DNA of 64,000 nt from a virus. Taxonomy: Duplodnaviria > Caudoviricetes. This document shows positions 1 to 10,368 of this stretch, one piece after another. A program made the position numbers and the translations under genes. Location: IMG/VR virus record IMGVR_UViG_3300021400_000091, positions 1 to 64,000 of that record. One strand, 5' to 3'. The notes below the pieces were generated by a model that was given only the letters and a program-made list of their open reading frames with translations, did not search any database and had not been told where the DNA came from. Positions within the stretch are counted from its first letter, which is position 1; the number at the start of each line of letters is the position of its first letter.

Positions 1-3000
1 TTGGTCTACTTCTACAACTCCACCATTACTAGTAAGTCTATCGTTAAAATCAAATTGGAATAATGAATGTTCAGTATGTACTAGAAATATATTTCCAATA
101 GCACATAGATTCATTATGTTTCCCTTGTTTTCTTTTATATTAATATATTGGTCAGTTTCAAATTTTCTCCAACTATTTTCTAATGATTCATCAGCAATAA
201 CATTTGAACGTCTAATAGTTTGGTCAAATATATAAGTATTATTATATTCTCTTAAATAATTTGTTAGTGTTTTAGGATAATTTTCATTAATTCTAAATTG
301 AGGATTTTCCCATAAATCTATAGTATCAGTAGGTTGAACAAAAGTTCCAATTATATAAGATGATAAATCTGTAATATTATCTCTACCTTTATATTTATCT
401 ATAACAGTAACAACTGATTGAGGTTCACTTCTAAATCTTCTAGATTCGAAATAATAATTAGAATAATCAAAATATCTAACTACTTTTAAAATATCATCTT
501 CAGTAGTTCCAACTCCAAGTATTTTAGATGACGGAGAATTATTATCAGCATCACCAGTATTATTTGCACTTACAGCGTAGTTAATTTTATATATTAAATT
601 ATCTGCAGCATTATAATAAAATCTACCAGAAAATATTATATGATTAAACTGTGATATAACTCCATTATAATTTGCATCAGGAAATGATATATAATCATTA
701 GTTGAACCATATGTGACTTCTGTAAGAGGAATTAATTTTTTAAATTTTGTATTATAATAAGAAAAATTATCTTTATTTACTAACTTTACATTTATAAAAT
801 TATTGGCTAATCTAGTACTTCCTTCTATAAGTGGAACATATGGAGAAATCCAACTAGTATAACTAGATTCAGAATTATTTAATCTAAGTTTAGTATTACT
901 CCCAAGCATTGATACAGAACCACCAACTAATAACTCAACATTAGTTTTATCAAGTTCACTATCTCTAGTAGCTATAGTATTAAAATTCATATTAATACTA
1001 TCATTTATATCCACCTCATTTGATATAAATAAATTAGTTTCTTTTGCTTCAACTACACCATTATATGCTATAGAATATTCAAATTCTTCATAAGTTATAT
1101 ACCATCCTATATAATTATCTGGAAGTTCAGGAACATCAACAGATAATTCATATTTTGGAAATAGTATTATAGAATTATTTATATCTTTTACGCTACCATA
1201 TGAATGATCAATTATTTTAAAATATGAATCTCCAGTATGTGTATTAAATATTTTATCTATAATACCATTGTTATAGAAATTATTAATTTTATAACCATTC
1301 GATGCTATACCATATTTATCTACAAAATGAATATAAAAATTATATCTCTCTCCTGGAATAAGAGTTTTAAATTTTAACTGAGAAGTTACTGAATTATATA
1401 TTCTATCATAATTTATAGCTAAATTATATTTATGTACATCAAAAGCATAATATTCTCTAGCTGTTCCACCATTTACTTTACTAACCCAAGGATACAAATT
1501 ATTGCATCTATAAGTGTAATTTACATTATTTATTGTAACTTCAATAACAGTGCCCAATGCAGTATTTCTATATACTGTTTTATTTGAACCGCCTATAGGT
1601 CTAATTTCTTCTACAGGTTTTAAATAATAAAATTGACCATCAGTTAAAGATGACATTTTAAGTGCAAATCTTCCAAGTATATCAGTATATGTTCTATTAT
1701 CACTAGTTCTTACTGTAACTATTGTATTATCATCTATATTATTAGTTGACGTTATTGTATTGTTAAGTTGGTTTATATAAGTTAAGCCTACACTAGAACC
1801 TACATAAGGAACCCAACTTAGATGTGCATAGGCTTTATAATCACTCCAAATTGCAAGTAAAGTGTCATAGGCTTCATAGCAATTATCATCTAATTTATAC
1901 AGTCTAAAAGGAGAATTATAGTTACTAGTATTTTTTCCATTTAAATATCCAACATCTATTTGTTCTGTTCTAGAAAAATTATAACTTGATACATCTAAAG
2001 CACCTTCTTCAACAGTTGATTTTTTCTCTACTTTTATTGAAATATTATTTAATATATCACTAGGTATTTCTTGATTATTTTCTTTATAGTTAGATATAAA
2101 TAATTTATTTTTAAAATTAACAACTTCTTTTACATTATAATAGTTAAAATAAGTATATATTAATTCAGAAACTGCAATATCATCAGTAGTTTTAAAATTC
2201 TTAGGACTTACAATTACATTAGTAACACTTGAATCTATATCTGAAGAAACATATGCAGTTGTATTATCTTTTTTCGTATTTATTATGCCAATTTGATATT
2301 TATCATATAAATCTATACTATTCAAGCTAAAATTAAATGATAAAGAACAAATATCTAATCTGTTACTATGAGTAGTATAAAAATTAAAATGTTTACTTTC
2401 ATAATCATCTACAGGAGTATCACCAGAACCATACTTCATAAGTTTAACATGAGCATTTATAAAATCCATATTATACCAATAATCTGTATATATCATTCTA
2501 TGTAAATCATACCATTGAGTATAATCATAATCATTTATCTTAAATCTAATGAATAAATAATTTTGTCCTTTATACCAATTATCATTAATATATTCAAAGT
2601 TTGTAACTTTAGGTATTATTACTTCAGGAATTAAACTTAAAGTATGAGTCTTTTCTGTATTAGCATCTAAATTAAATGTTCTTAAAGGTTCATTTAAACT
2701 ATTATCTTCTTTATATTCACTAAATGCAATTATTAGTTCATTATTTCTATTATAAGTAAATGTACCAACTATTTCTCCACCGTTATATTTTAAATCTGTA
2801 TTTTCTAAATATAATTCATAATTAGCAATTAGCGGTTCTCTTCTAAAATTATGTACTCTAAGTAAAACTAGTTTTACATTTTCTTCATTATTTTCAATAT
2901 AATAACTAATAAAATAAACTATTTCTTTATTACAATTTATAGAACCCACAATATTTACTGTAATTTTATCTTCTAAAATTTCAAAATATCTTGCTAATTG

Positions 3001-3162
3001 TTCTATCGCGTTTGTCCTTATACTAGAATAGTAAGTTAATTTATTATCATTACTTAAACTATTTTGATCTACATCAAACATTATATTCTTTGCGTCAACC
3101 AAACTAAGATTAGTACAATCTTTAGGATGTTTGTTTTGATTAAGTTTAGGTACTATATTCAT
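1..3162 (-). CDS. Tail stabilisation/muzzle protein (P22 gp10-like, Crassvirales), partial, runs off left edge
   Basis: Not in ORF track (no stop in window). ATG at 3162 reads MNIVPKLNQNKHPKDCTNLSLVDAKNIMFD; the same frame at the window edge reads NLCAIGNIFLVHTEHSLFQFDFND. Position after ring protein matches crAss synteny. Both ends translated; not every internal codon checked. Confidence 0.75.
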   Translation of the reverse strand, partial: MNIVPKLNQNKHPKDCTNLSLVDAKNIMFDVDQNSLSNDNKLTYYSSIRTNAIEQLARYFEILEDKITVNIVGSINCNKEIVYFISYYIENNEENVKLVLLRVHNFRREPLIANYELYLENTDLKYNGGEIVGTFTYNRNNELIIAFSEYKEDNSLNEPLRTFNLDANTEKTHTLSLIPEVIIPKVTNFEYINDNWYKGQNYLFIRFKINDYDYTQWYDLHRMIYTDYWYNMDFINAHVKLMKYGSGDTPVDDYESKHFNFYTTHSNRLDICSLSFNFSLNSIDLYDKYQIGIINTKKDNTTAYVSSDIDSSVTNVIVSPKNFKTTDDIAVSELIYTYFNYYNVKEVVNFKNKLFISNYKENNQEIPSDILNNISIKVEKKSTVEEGALDVSSYNFSRTEQIDVGYLNGKNTSNYNSPFRLYKLDDNCYEAYDTLLAIWSDYKAYAHLSWVPYVGSSVGLTYINQLNNTITSTNNIDDNTIVTVRTSDNRTYTDILGRFALKMSSLTDGQFYYLKPVEEIRPIGGSNKTVYRNTALGTVIEVTINNVNYTYRCNNLYPWVSKVNGGTAREYYAFDVHKYNLAINYDRIYNSVTSQLKFKTLIPGERYNFYIHFVDKYGIASNGYKINNFYNNGIIDKIFNTHTGDSYFKIIDHSYGSVKDINNSIILFPKYELSVDVPELPDNYIGWYITYEEFEYSIAYNGVVEAKETNLFISNEVDINDSINMNFNTIATRDSELDKTNVELLVGGSVSMLGSNTKLRLNNSESSYTSWISPYVPLIEGSTRLANNFINVKLVNKDNFSYYNTKFKKLIPLTEVTYGSTNDYISFPDANYNGVISQFNHIIFSGRFYYNAADNLIYKINYAVSANNTGDADNNSPSSKILGVGTTEDDILKVVRYFDYSNYYFESRRFRSEPQSVVTVIDKYKGRDNITDLSSYIIGTFVQPTDTIDLWENPQFRINENYPKTLTNYLREYNNTYIFDQTIRRSNVIADESLENSWRKFETDQYINIKENKGNIMNLCAIGNIFLVHTEHSLFQFDFNDRLTSNGGVVEVDQ

Positions 3163-3230
3163 ATACTATAGAAAAATATTAATTATTTACTTTTTTGCGT
3201 TTTAAGAAAGTCATTCCTAAACTTGATTAA

Positions 3231-4124
3231 CTATACACAATTACATTTTTTTGAAGAACTAGACCCACTAGCGGGCTTCTGTGTCGATTTAGAACCCCCG
3301 AAAGTATTAATGTAAAATGCAGATTGCCATAGGTCACTATCATTTATATCTTCATTAGTATTACCATTAGTAACACTTCTCTTTGCTTGGTCTTTAAGTT
3401 GAGTCCATAGCCAAAATGGATTAGTACCATATTGACTAGCTTGAAGATTCATAACAGGATGTTTATAACCTCTTGTCAACATCTTATACATACAATAATA
3501 GCCAATAGCTTCAATTAGAAGTCCATTGGCAGGAATTACTGGAAATTCACATCCATTATATGTTTCAGTTTTAAGAGATTTAACTTCTGCATAAACAACA
3601 TCAGTATCAAAGTTTAGTTCTAATCGGTTTCTGCCAATACGAACATAATTGTGCTCAGTGTTATTATTGGGATTACCAATATTACCTTCAACTACATTGT
3701 ATCTAGGAGGATACTTTGTTTGTTGATAAACTGCTTGACTTACTGGATGAGTTATATTATCGTCCGTATGGACAACTGTATGAGGAGTTACTATTCTATC
3801 TATTTCAGCACACTGAGAACTCCCCGTAGAGGGAGATGATGCTCCGCAACCACAACTTTTACTATCTTCTGCTTTTACTATCTCACAACCATTCTTATCA
3901 TATAACTTAAAATCATCACATCCTAAATCACAATCAGCAATTCCAAATCTACCATTTATACGAATTGGTATTCGTTTAGTTTCATCCTCTAATAAATCAA
4001 GCATAGACATAGCATCATATACCCATGCTGCTACTCTAGGGATCCAATCACTATTATCAGGATTGAAGTCATTATCAATCTTAGCGATTATTCTTCCTAT
4101 ATTTGTACCTTGATTCTTCGACAT
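3231..4124 (-). CDS. Tail tubular/ring protein (P22 gp4-like)
   Basis: 297 aa; N-terminal IGRIIAKIDNDF..WIPRVAAW and PVIP..LIEAIGYYCMYK pattern; directly upstream of muzzle gene as in crAss phages. Confidence 0.7.
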   Translation of the reverse strand: MSKNQGTNIGRIIAKIDNDFNPDNSDWIPRVAAWVYDAMSMLDLLEDETKRIPIRINGRFGIADCDLGCDDFKLYDKNGCEIVKAEDSKSCGCGASSPSTGSSQCAEIDRIVTPHTVVHTDDNITHPVSQAVYQQTKYPPRYNVVEGNIGNPNNNTEHNYVRIGRNRLELNFDTDVVYAEVKSLKTETYNGCEFPVIPANGLLIEAIGYYCMYKMLTRGYKHPVMNLQASQYGTNPFWLWTQLKDQAKRSVTNGNTNEDINDSDLWQSAFYINTFGGSKSTQKPASGSSSSKKCNCV

Positions 4125-5010
4125 TACGAATAAATTTATAATAATATTCTGGATGTTTAATTAGAATGACATTTAGTTTAACAGTTGTATCTACTTGTAG
4201 ATTATAAACTTCTTCATCTGTATTACAAATAGCTGCAAGTTCTTCATAACTCATTCCTTTAAACTTACCTAATTTCTTATCTTTGTAAAATTCAATATTT
4301 CTAGAAGAATAAATTTTACTATCAGATAAAGTTATTTCATAATAATAAGAGCCTTTTCTATATTTGACATATTCTACACCATCATAAGGTATTCCTTTTT
4401 CTTCATATAATTTAGCCTCTGCTTTATCATAAGGCTTTAACCCCTTATCTAAGAGTTCTTTTTTAGCCTTACGAGTAGCAGAGAAATCTACAACTTTACC
4501 TACATCATCTCTAAGTTTATATCTATTAATGCTAATAACACCAAGACCATTGTTATACCTATAACCAAAACCTTGAAGTAAATTACGATTAACTGTTTCA
4601 TAATAAGTTTCAAGTATAGCTCGATATTGAGCATACGTCACGTTAACTCTATCATCACAAAGTGAAAGAAGTTTATTATAATTGGTTCGTGACTTAATTA
4701 GCTTACAATATCTAGCTAGAGTTATAAGTAGTCTTCTATCGTCAGGATTATCATTATCCCTAAGACATCTCATTGTTAGTTGATAAAGTGATTCTTCAGC
4801 ATCTACTAGTTCATCAATTATCTCTCTACGGGGTGATAATGGTTTTCCTAATAGTGCTTCGATAGCAACAATATTTTCAACTATCAATGATTTACTAGCA
4901 TTAATACTTTTTGTTAATTCAGTTACTTTATTGCTATAATTATATTTGTCAACTTTAGCTCTATTTATGAAATTAAAATAATATTCTTTTTGATTTAAAT
5001 CACAGGTCAT
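4081..5010 (-). CDS. Crassvirales IHF-like conserved protein (tail module)
   Basis: 309 aa; LLQGFGYRYNNGLGVISINRYK..VDFSATRKAK resembles the HU/IHF-like crAss family located between ring genes. Confidence 0.55.
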   Translation of the reverse strand: MTCDLNQKEYYFNFINRAKVDKYNYSNKVTELTKSINASKSLIVENIVAIEALLGKPLSPRREIIDELVDAEESLYQLTMRCLRDNDNPDDRRLLITLARYCKLIKSRTNYNKLLSLCDDRVNVTYAQYRAILETYYETVNRNLLQGFGYRYNNGLGVISINRYKLRDDVGKVVDFSATRKAKKELLDKGLKPYDKAEAKLYEEKGIPYDGVEYVKYRKGSYYYEITLSDSKIYSSRNIEFYKDKKLGKFKGMSYEELAAICNTDEEVYNLQVDTTVKLNVILIKHPEYYYKFIRNVEESRYKYRKNNR

Positions 5011-5729
5011 TGAGCTGTTAATTGACTAGGTATTTCGTTTGTTTGTTTAACTAATTGACCATTAATTGTTTCCAATACTAATTTCTTAATATCATTAACC
5101 ATATCTTCTGGAATAAGAAACTCGTTATCTTCAAGTTCTATAAGTTTATCAGATATTTCTTCTGTTATACCATTATATAAATTTAATTCTTTAAATTCAT
5201 CATCTTGATTTAGATTATCCAAAATTAAATTTGGATATTCAAATGCTGCTTCAACAGTTATAAACTGTAAATCTTTAAGTATATAGTTTTTAGTTGTATC
5301 TATATAAATATAATCGTTAAGATAATCATATGTTACAGAAGGACAAAAACCTGGAAGATTAGCATAATATTTACTCGTTGCAGTTCTTACAAATGCTATC
5401 TCAATAGGATTTTCAACACCTATTGTTCTAACAGAACTAAAAGGTAAATTATTAGTTAATCTTACAGGTCTAGGAACTTTATTTTTAGTTCTCTTTATTT
5501 TAGTAGTATTATTAAATCCAACTAAATCTCCATCTGGAACATCAATTAATTCACATCTGAATCTCTGTTGAAGCCCTCTATCAATATAATTATGTCCTTC
5601 ATAGCTATGTCTAATTAGTTGATTACGACTATGAATTATGGACAAAGCTATTGCTCTTTTAGCAGCAACATTATCTTGTTGTTGAATACTATGAGCAATT
5701 TCAGATGTTAATTGATTAAGTGTTGGCAT
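5007..5729 (-). CDS. Ring/tail structural protein
   Basis: 240 aa; MPTLNQLTSEIAH, KRTKNKVPRPVRL, YDYLNDYIY, EFLIPEDMV motifs; crAss ring-protein synteny. Confidence 0.65.
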   Translation of the reverse strand: MPTLNQLTSEIAHSIQQQDNVAAKRAIALSIIHSRNQLIRHSYEGHNYIDRGLQQRFRCELIDVPDGDLVGFNNTTKIKRTKNKVPRPVRLTNNLPFSSVRTIGVENPIEIAFVRTATSKYYANLPGFCPSVTYDYLNDYIYIDTTKNYILKDLQFITVEAAFEYPNLILDNLNQDDEFKELNLYNGITEEISDKLIELEDNEFLIPEDMVNDIKKLVLETINGQLVKQTNEIPSQLTAQ

Positions 5730-5754
5730 ATTATTTTAAATAGCTTATACAATA

Positions 5755-6294
5755 TTATTCTTCAGCTCTATAATAAACATGAATACAACTCAAGGCTTTT
5801 AATATATCTGCATCTGTATTTTGATTGCTAGTGCCGCTAGGTATAAAATTAAAACTTGTCAATCCATTAGTTAAAGAGGTTTTAATAATATTTGTTAAAT
5901 AATCATTTGCCTCTAACATACTATTATTATCAACAATATCAATTATATCTTCTCTAAAAGCATAAATCTTTATTAAATTACTACCAGCTGTAGTAGTTAT
6001 AAATATAGTTTTAGATTGATTTGCTAGTGGTTTAACGTCAAATTGTAAATCCAGCTTATCATAAACAAAATCTGTACAGCGAAATCTAATATTTAAATTA
6101 TCAAAATCTTTAATTGCAAATTCTACTTTAACAAATTTATCCCAAGTAAAGTCATCTAACCTTGTTTTATTATTTAAATAACTAAATGGTATTACTCTAA
6201 GACCTTCTGAACTAGAATCACCATTATTTTTTGTTGTTGAAAAATAACCAATAATGTTATTTTTAAAATTCTTAATTGTTGATGTTAGTTTCAT
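5755..6294 (-). CDS. Hypothetical protein (variable tail region)
   Basis: 179 aa ORF co-oriented and tightly packed. Confidence 0.6.
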   Translation of the reverse strand: MKLTSTIKNFKNNIIGYFSTTKNNGDSSSEGLRVIPFSYLNNKTRLDDFTWDKFVKVEFAIKDFDNLNIRFRCTDFVYDKLDLQFDVKPLANQSKTIFITTTAGSNLIKIYAFREDIIDIVDNNSMLEANDYLTNIIKTSLTNGLTSFNFIPSGTSNQNTDADILKALSCIHVYYRAEE

Positions 6295-6306
6295 TTTTCT
6301 TTTTAA

Positions 6307-6666
6307 TTATTTTAATATATATGAACCAATTTTTTCAGTACCTTCCATAGTCATAAAAATAAAATCATATTGAGTACCAGAGTCTTCATCAAAAACTATG
6401 TTTATATTATTGTTTCTATTTATTATAATTTTTGTATTTTTATCAGGTACGTTAACAGAAATAGCTATACCATTAAATTGTAGTTCAAAAAGATCTGGTT
6501 TATTAGTAGGTTGATCTATATTAGTAAAATCATTATCTTTATTTAATACTACTTCCCATCCAAATTTACCAGTTTTAATCCCAGCAATACTAACTAGATT
6601 ATCTTTAGTAAACATTTTAGCTACATCAATATCAGAGCCTAAAGGATATTTAAAAAAGTTATTCAT
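6307..6666 (-). CDS. Hypothetical protein
   Basis: 119 aa ORF in operon. Confidence 0.55.
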   Translation of the reverse strand: MNNFFKYPLGSDIDVAKMFTKDNLVSIAGIKTGKFGWEVVLNKDNDFTNIDQPTNKPDLFELQFNGIAISVNVPDKNTKIIINRNNNINIVFDEDSGTQYDFIFMTMEGTEKIGSYILK

Positions 6667-6850
6667 AACTACTTAAATTTTCTTCGTAATCAATTAATAA
6701 ATAATTAATGTTTCCGTTACTTATTATTACATATTCAAAGCAATTATTATCTTTACTACCAATAATAAGTCCATTATTTAATCTAACATAATTTATGTTT
6801 TTAATGTAAGATAGCAATTGCTTTATATGTGATAATTTAATTTTGTTCAT
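6659..6850 (-). CDS. Small hypothetical protein
   Basis: 63 aa ORF overlapping next gene. Confidence 0.5.
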   Translation of the reverse strand: MNKIKLSHIKQLLSYIKNINYVRLNNGLIIGSKDNNCFEYVIISNGNINYLLIDYEENLSSYE

Positions 6851-6856
6851 TTGTGT

Positions 6857-7318
6857 TTAATCTTCTTGTATATTTACTTTAAACAAATCTCCTTCTTTGT
6901 AGATATGTAAATGCAAAAGATCTATTGTATTATTAACTGTTGTACCTTGTTTTGATAAGGTATGATTACCATCTGTAAAATTATCTATATAATAGGTTTC
7001 ATTTTTATATTTAAAACGGATGTATCCATTAAGTTCTCTACCACTGCTAACTCTTGATAAAAAGTACCAAGAATCATTATATTGATTAATTGAAGGATAT
7101 ATTCTATAAACATTACTATTATTAGTATTACCATCCATTAAAATTATATACCATTTATCATCATCGCTGTCACCACCGCCCTGCTCAATACTATCAACTA
7201 AATCAGCATATCCATCTAACTTTGTATCACTAGGAACTGTAACACCTTTATTTTCTATAGCAGTCTTTAACTCTGCTTTAGCAGTCTGTAATCTTGTTAT
7301 TTCACTTGCTATACTCAT
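6857..7318 (-). CDS. Short tail-fibre/adaptor-type protein
   Basis: N-terminus MSIASEITRLQTAKAELKTAIENKGVTVPSDTKLDGYADLVDSIEQGGG is a helical adaptor typical of gut-phage fibre proteins, followed by ~100 aa variable domain. Confidence 0.6.
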   Translation of the reverse strand: MSIASEITRLQTAKAELKTAIENKGVTVPSDTKLDGYADLVDSIEQGGGDSDDDKWYIILMDGNTNNSNVYRIYPSINQYNDSWYFLSRVSSGRELNGYIRFKYKNETYYIDNFTDGNHTLSKQGTTVNNTIDLLHLHIYKEGDLFKVNIQED

Positions 7319-7320
7319 AA

Positions 7321-7572
7321 TTAAATATTTGCTAATAAAGTTTCTACATTACCAATCGAATCATCTATAGCCTTTAAAGCTACATTAATAGTAGTATCAT
7401 TAGTCACTACACTTCCAGTAGCACCTGTATATTTTATATCATTACCATCATAACTAGGCTTAGTATTTGTTTTTGCCCAATCAGGAACTGTAGGGTCTGT
7501 TTCTTTACAAGTTAAGGGCACTATTGTATCAGTACCCTTAACTAATTTCTTTTTATTTAATTGTGCTTTCAT
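7321..7572 (-). CDS. Small tail-fibre-associated protein
   Basis: 83 aa; ETDPTVPDWAK motif and C-terminal IGNVETLLANI seen in phage fibre proteins. Confidence 0.5.
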   Translation of the reverse strand: MKAQLNKKKLVKGTDTIVPLTCKETDPTVPDWAKTNTKPSYDGNDIKYTGATGSVVTNDTTINVALKAIDDSIGNVETLLANI

Positions 7573-7581
7573 TGAACTATA

Positions 7582-7899
7582 TTAAATTTTAAATGTGTCA
7601 TATTTAGAATAATCTAAATCAAATTTAGCAAGAATAGGTTTCATAACCCAACTCCAAAACACTGGTGCAAGAACAGCACTATTAATTATAAGTTTTATAT
7701 CTGAACCTATTATATAATAAATTATACTAACTATAACAACACAAAGTAAAAGAATTATTCTTTTCTTAGTTGGATTATTAACTAATTTATAATTTATGAA
7801 ATTACATAATTGTATAATTAGATAAGTTAAAACATTTACAACTATACAAAATGCAAAATCAAAACTTGCTAAAGTTGTTTCTATAGCTTGATTAATCAT
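7582..7899 (-). CDS. Holin-like membrane protein
   Basis: 105 aa with three hydrophobic segments. Confidence 0.55.
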   Translation of the reverse strand: MINQAIETTLASFDFAFCIVVNVLTYLIIQLCNFINYKLVNNPTKKRIILLLCVVIVSIIYYIIGSDIKLIINSAVLAPVFWSWVMKPILAKFDLDYSKYDTFKI

Positions 7900-8354
7900 A
7901 GTGATGATACATATCCATAACCAGATGTTCCATTCATTATAGCAGCAAATTTGTAGCTATGTAAAGAACTTATAAATGTACCAGCTATAGGAATTACTAC
8001 TTCAGGATCTAAACCTAATAATGTAGCAACTGCTTCTCCCATACGATCCCCAATAGTAACACTATTTTCATCATCTTTAAAAATAGTTAATTTTAAATCT
8101 GATATAGATTTATCTCTTTCACTATCAACATATGCCCCTACAAAGATTCCATGAAAAAGTATTTCAGCACTATCACTTAAATCTTCAACTGTTTCAACAA
8201 ATGCACCTATAGGAAAATTTATATCATCATCCGGAAATCTAAATAAAACTATCTCATTTTGGTCATTATAAAGTAAACCTATTTTAGGAAAAGTAAAATT
8301 GTTAGAATTAGATGCTCCATCAGTAGGAACTTTTGCAAACTTTGTTAAATTCAT
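7896..8354 (-). CDS. Hypothetical protein (start probably MNLTKFAK at 8354)
   Basis: Track ORF 7896..8405; internal ATG lies downstream of a TATATTTG promoter. Confidence 0.55.
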   Translation of the reverse strand: MNLTKFAKVPTDGASNSNNFTFPKIGLLYNDQNEIVLFRFPDDDINFPIGAFVETVEDLSDSAEILFHGIFVGAYVDSERDKSISDLKLTIFKDDENSVTIGDRMGEAVATLLGLDPEVVIPIAGTFISSLHSYKFAAIMNGTSGYGYVSSL

Positions 8355-8432
8355 AAGCCATTTAATTAATTTGATTATTAATTTCTTTAGCATAAGTAAT
8401 AACATTTAAACCAACTTCTTTAATTAACCGTT

Positions 8433-8440
8433 CAAATATA
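8433..8440 (-). promoter_or_regulatory. Bacteroidota-type -7 promoter element TATATTTG
   Basis: caaatata on + strand, intergenic, just past a terminator. Confidence 0.5.
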
Positions 8441-8480
8441 ATCCTTATTTATATAATATAAGTAGTTAAAAATATATAAA

Positions 8481-8512
8481 AAAAATGAGGGAGCATATAA
8501 CTCCCCCATTTT
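8481..8512 (-). terminator. Intrinsic terminator
   Basis: GGGGAG/CTCCC(C) hairpin followed by long U-run on - strand. Confidence 0.65.
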
Positions 8513-8886
8513 CACATAGTTAGCATTTGTCTAAACTTATTTATATCTTGCATTGTAAGACTGATAGTCTTATCAATCATAGGAACTTTAAGTTTAATTT
8601 GACCATTATCAATCTCTACATCTCCTAATACACCAGTATCTATAACAAAGGGTCTTGTTTCCATCAATGATTTAGTCATATCATTAAGCAAAGGAATAAT
8701 ATCTACATTACCATTTTCATCTGCTATAAGTTTAATTATATTAGTAATCTTATCTACATTATTATTAAGTATCCTACTAATTAATGGTCTGAAAAATGCT
8801 ATAGCTGGATGATTTCCTGCAATATTACTAATCTCACTATTTAAAAATTGGATTAGCTTATCACTAATTACATCAATGTTAATCAT
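8512..8886 (-). CDS. Hypothetical protein, third gene of three-gene operon
   Basis: 124 aa; overlaps upstream gene by 4 nt. Confidence 0.7.
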   Translation of the reverse strand: MINIDVISDKLIQFLNSEISNIAGNHPAIAFFRPLISRILNNNVDKITNIIKLIADENGNVDIIPLLNDMTKSLMETRPFVIDTGVLGDVEIDNGQIKLKVPMIDKTISLTMQDINKFRQMLTM

Positions 8887-9341
8887 AAGTTATTCTTTAA
8901 AAATTCATCATAAGTTATGTTAGGATTCATTTTACTATATTCTCTAAATCTATTAAATAAATCCATTTCTCTGTTTGTATCATTTATAATTTGTTCTTTT
9001 AGTTTCTTAACTAAATCAAGTTGATTTTCAAGAAGAGCCTTACCATTGGCAGTGTTTTCAATTTTATCTCTAACTAGTTTCAATAATTCTTCTTGAACAA
9101 TAGCTTGCAATTTAGTTGCATTAGAAGCATAATCTTGATTAGCAATTAACTTTTGTTTTTGAACATCAGTCATACTAGACACTTCTTTGTCTATTTTGTC
9201 CCATATAGTTTCCCTTTGTCTTCTCTGATTAAGTTCACTTAATTGAGCTTTATATTCTTCAAGTTTTTTAAGTTGACTTTCAATATCAGTGTTACTCTCA
9301 AAAGGATTAGGACTAACTATGAATTGATTTAGAGGATACAT
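8883..9341 (-). CDS. Coiled-coil hypothetical protein, second gene of operon
   Basis: 152 aa; IWDKIDKEVSSM..GKALLENQL..YDEFLK. Confidence 0.7.
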   Translation of the reverse strand: MYPLNQFIVSPNPFESNTDIESQLKKLEEYKAQLSELNQRRQRETIWDKIDKEVSSMTDVQKQKLIANQDYASNATKLQAIVQEELLKLVRDKIENTANGKALLENQLDLVKKLKEQIINDTNREMDLFNRFREYSKMNPNITYDEFLKNNL

Positions 9342-9365
9342 AACTTATAATTTATGAGTTAATAA

Positions 9366-9929
9366 TTAAAGATTGGCTAAAGGATTAAAAGTCGGCTTAG
9401 CAGTCGCAGTGTCTCCAGTTGTAACGCTAGCAATCTCAAGAGGCATAAACTCTCCATTGACATAAGTTACAATAATAGCATCTCCGTAAGCACGCTTAGC
9501 AGCTTCAAGCTGAGTTTGGTAAGATGCAGCCTGAGAAGCATTTGCAATCTGAAGTGGAGTAGTTGCACTAACAACAGCCAACTGAGTCTTTAAATTGCAA
9601 ATCTCTCGCTGAAGTCTATCATCTCTATCACGCATATCTCTATACATACCAAACATCTGACCATTTACAAACTGAGCATCCATAAATCTCTGATCAGCTT
9701 TAGCAAGAGCATAGTTATAAAGATTACCCTGAGCTTCATAACGGTTATCTGCTATCTTGTTCCAAATTTCTTGAGTCTGAGCAGCATCAGCACCCTTATT
9801 AGAACCAAATAAACCAAGACCACCATTCAGTAAACCAAGAGCAGTACCTGCAATACCTAAACCAAGAGCAGTGCCACCAACACCTTTAGAAGCATAGCTC
9901 TTTCCATTTGTACCATCAGTAACGTCCAT
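9366..9929 (-). CDS. Glycine-zipper hypothetical protein (YASKGVGGTALGLGIAGTALGLL family)
   Basis: 187 aa; Gly/Ala hydrophobic N-terminal segment then coiled coil; codon usage like highly expressed genes. Confidence 0.75.
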   Translation of the reverse strand: MDVTDGTNGKSYASKGVGGTALGLGIAGTALGLLNGGLGLFGSNKGADAAQTQEIWNKIADNRYEAQGNLYNYALAKADQRFMDAQFVNGQMFGMYRDMRDRDDRLQREICNLKTQLAVVSATTPLQIANASQAASYQTQLEAAKRAYGDAIIVTYVNGEFMPLEIASVTTGDTATAKPTFNPLANL

Positions 9930-9997
9930 AATTATAAAATTATTTTGTTTGTTAATAAAATGAGTTGAAAAAACTTATGTAAATATATTTACAGGTA

Positions 9998-10042
9998 CAA
10001 AACTATATAGAAAATGCCATAGAACATAATAGTTCTATGGCA
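9998..10042 (-). promoter_or_regulatory. TAGTTTTG -7 element plus 11-bp inverted repeat (operator or terminator)
   Basis: caaaacta at 9998-10005; TGCCATAGAAC-N6-GTTCTATGGCA at 10015-10042. Confidence 0.55.
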
Positions 10043-10065
10043 ATTTGTAAAACAATGTATTTCAG

Positions 10066-10368
10066 TTATTTATGTTTTAACTTTGTTACTACATCATCTA
10101 AATCTTTCTTAATCCAATAAAGTTCTTTGAAACCAGCTCTATGTTTACCTTTTGGAATAATTCCATTAGCAACATATTTATCAAATGTACTTCTTGCTAG
10201 TCCAAGATATACGCAAGCTTCATATTTACTTATTGGTCTATCCTTTTGAGTATATTTTGTTAAACACTCAATAATCTCATTTGCATCAGATTCTGTTATA
10301 TTTGAATTTCCAGAATCAATATCATCTATTACTTTAAGTAATAAGTTCTTTATTACGTTGATTAACAT
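10066..10368 (-). CDS. Helix-turn-helix DNA-binding protein (excisionase/AlpA-like C-terminus)
   Basis: ISKYEACVYLGLARSTFDKYVANGIIPKG..LYW motif. Confidence 0.75.
   Translation of the reverse strand: MLINVIKNLLLKVIDDIDSGNSNITESDANEIIECLTKYTQKDRPISKYEACVYLGLARSTFDKYVANGIIPKGKHRAGFKELYWIKKDLDDVVTKLKHK

Noticed and set aside
1-3162. Apparent 3-kb ORF-free region
   Set aside because: It is a - strand gene running off the window edge, omitted by the ORF track.
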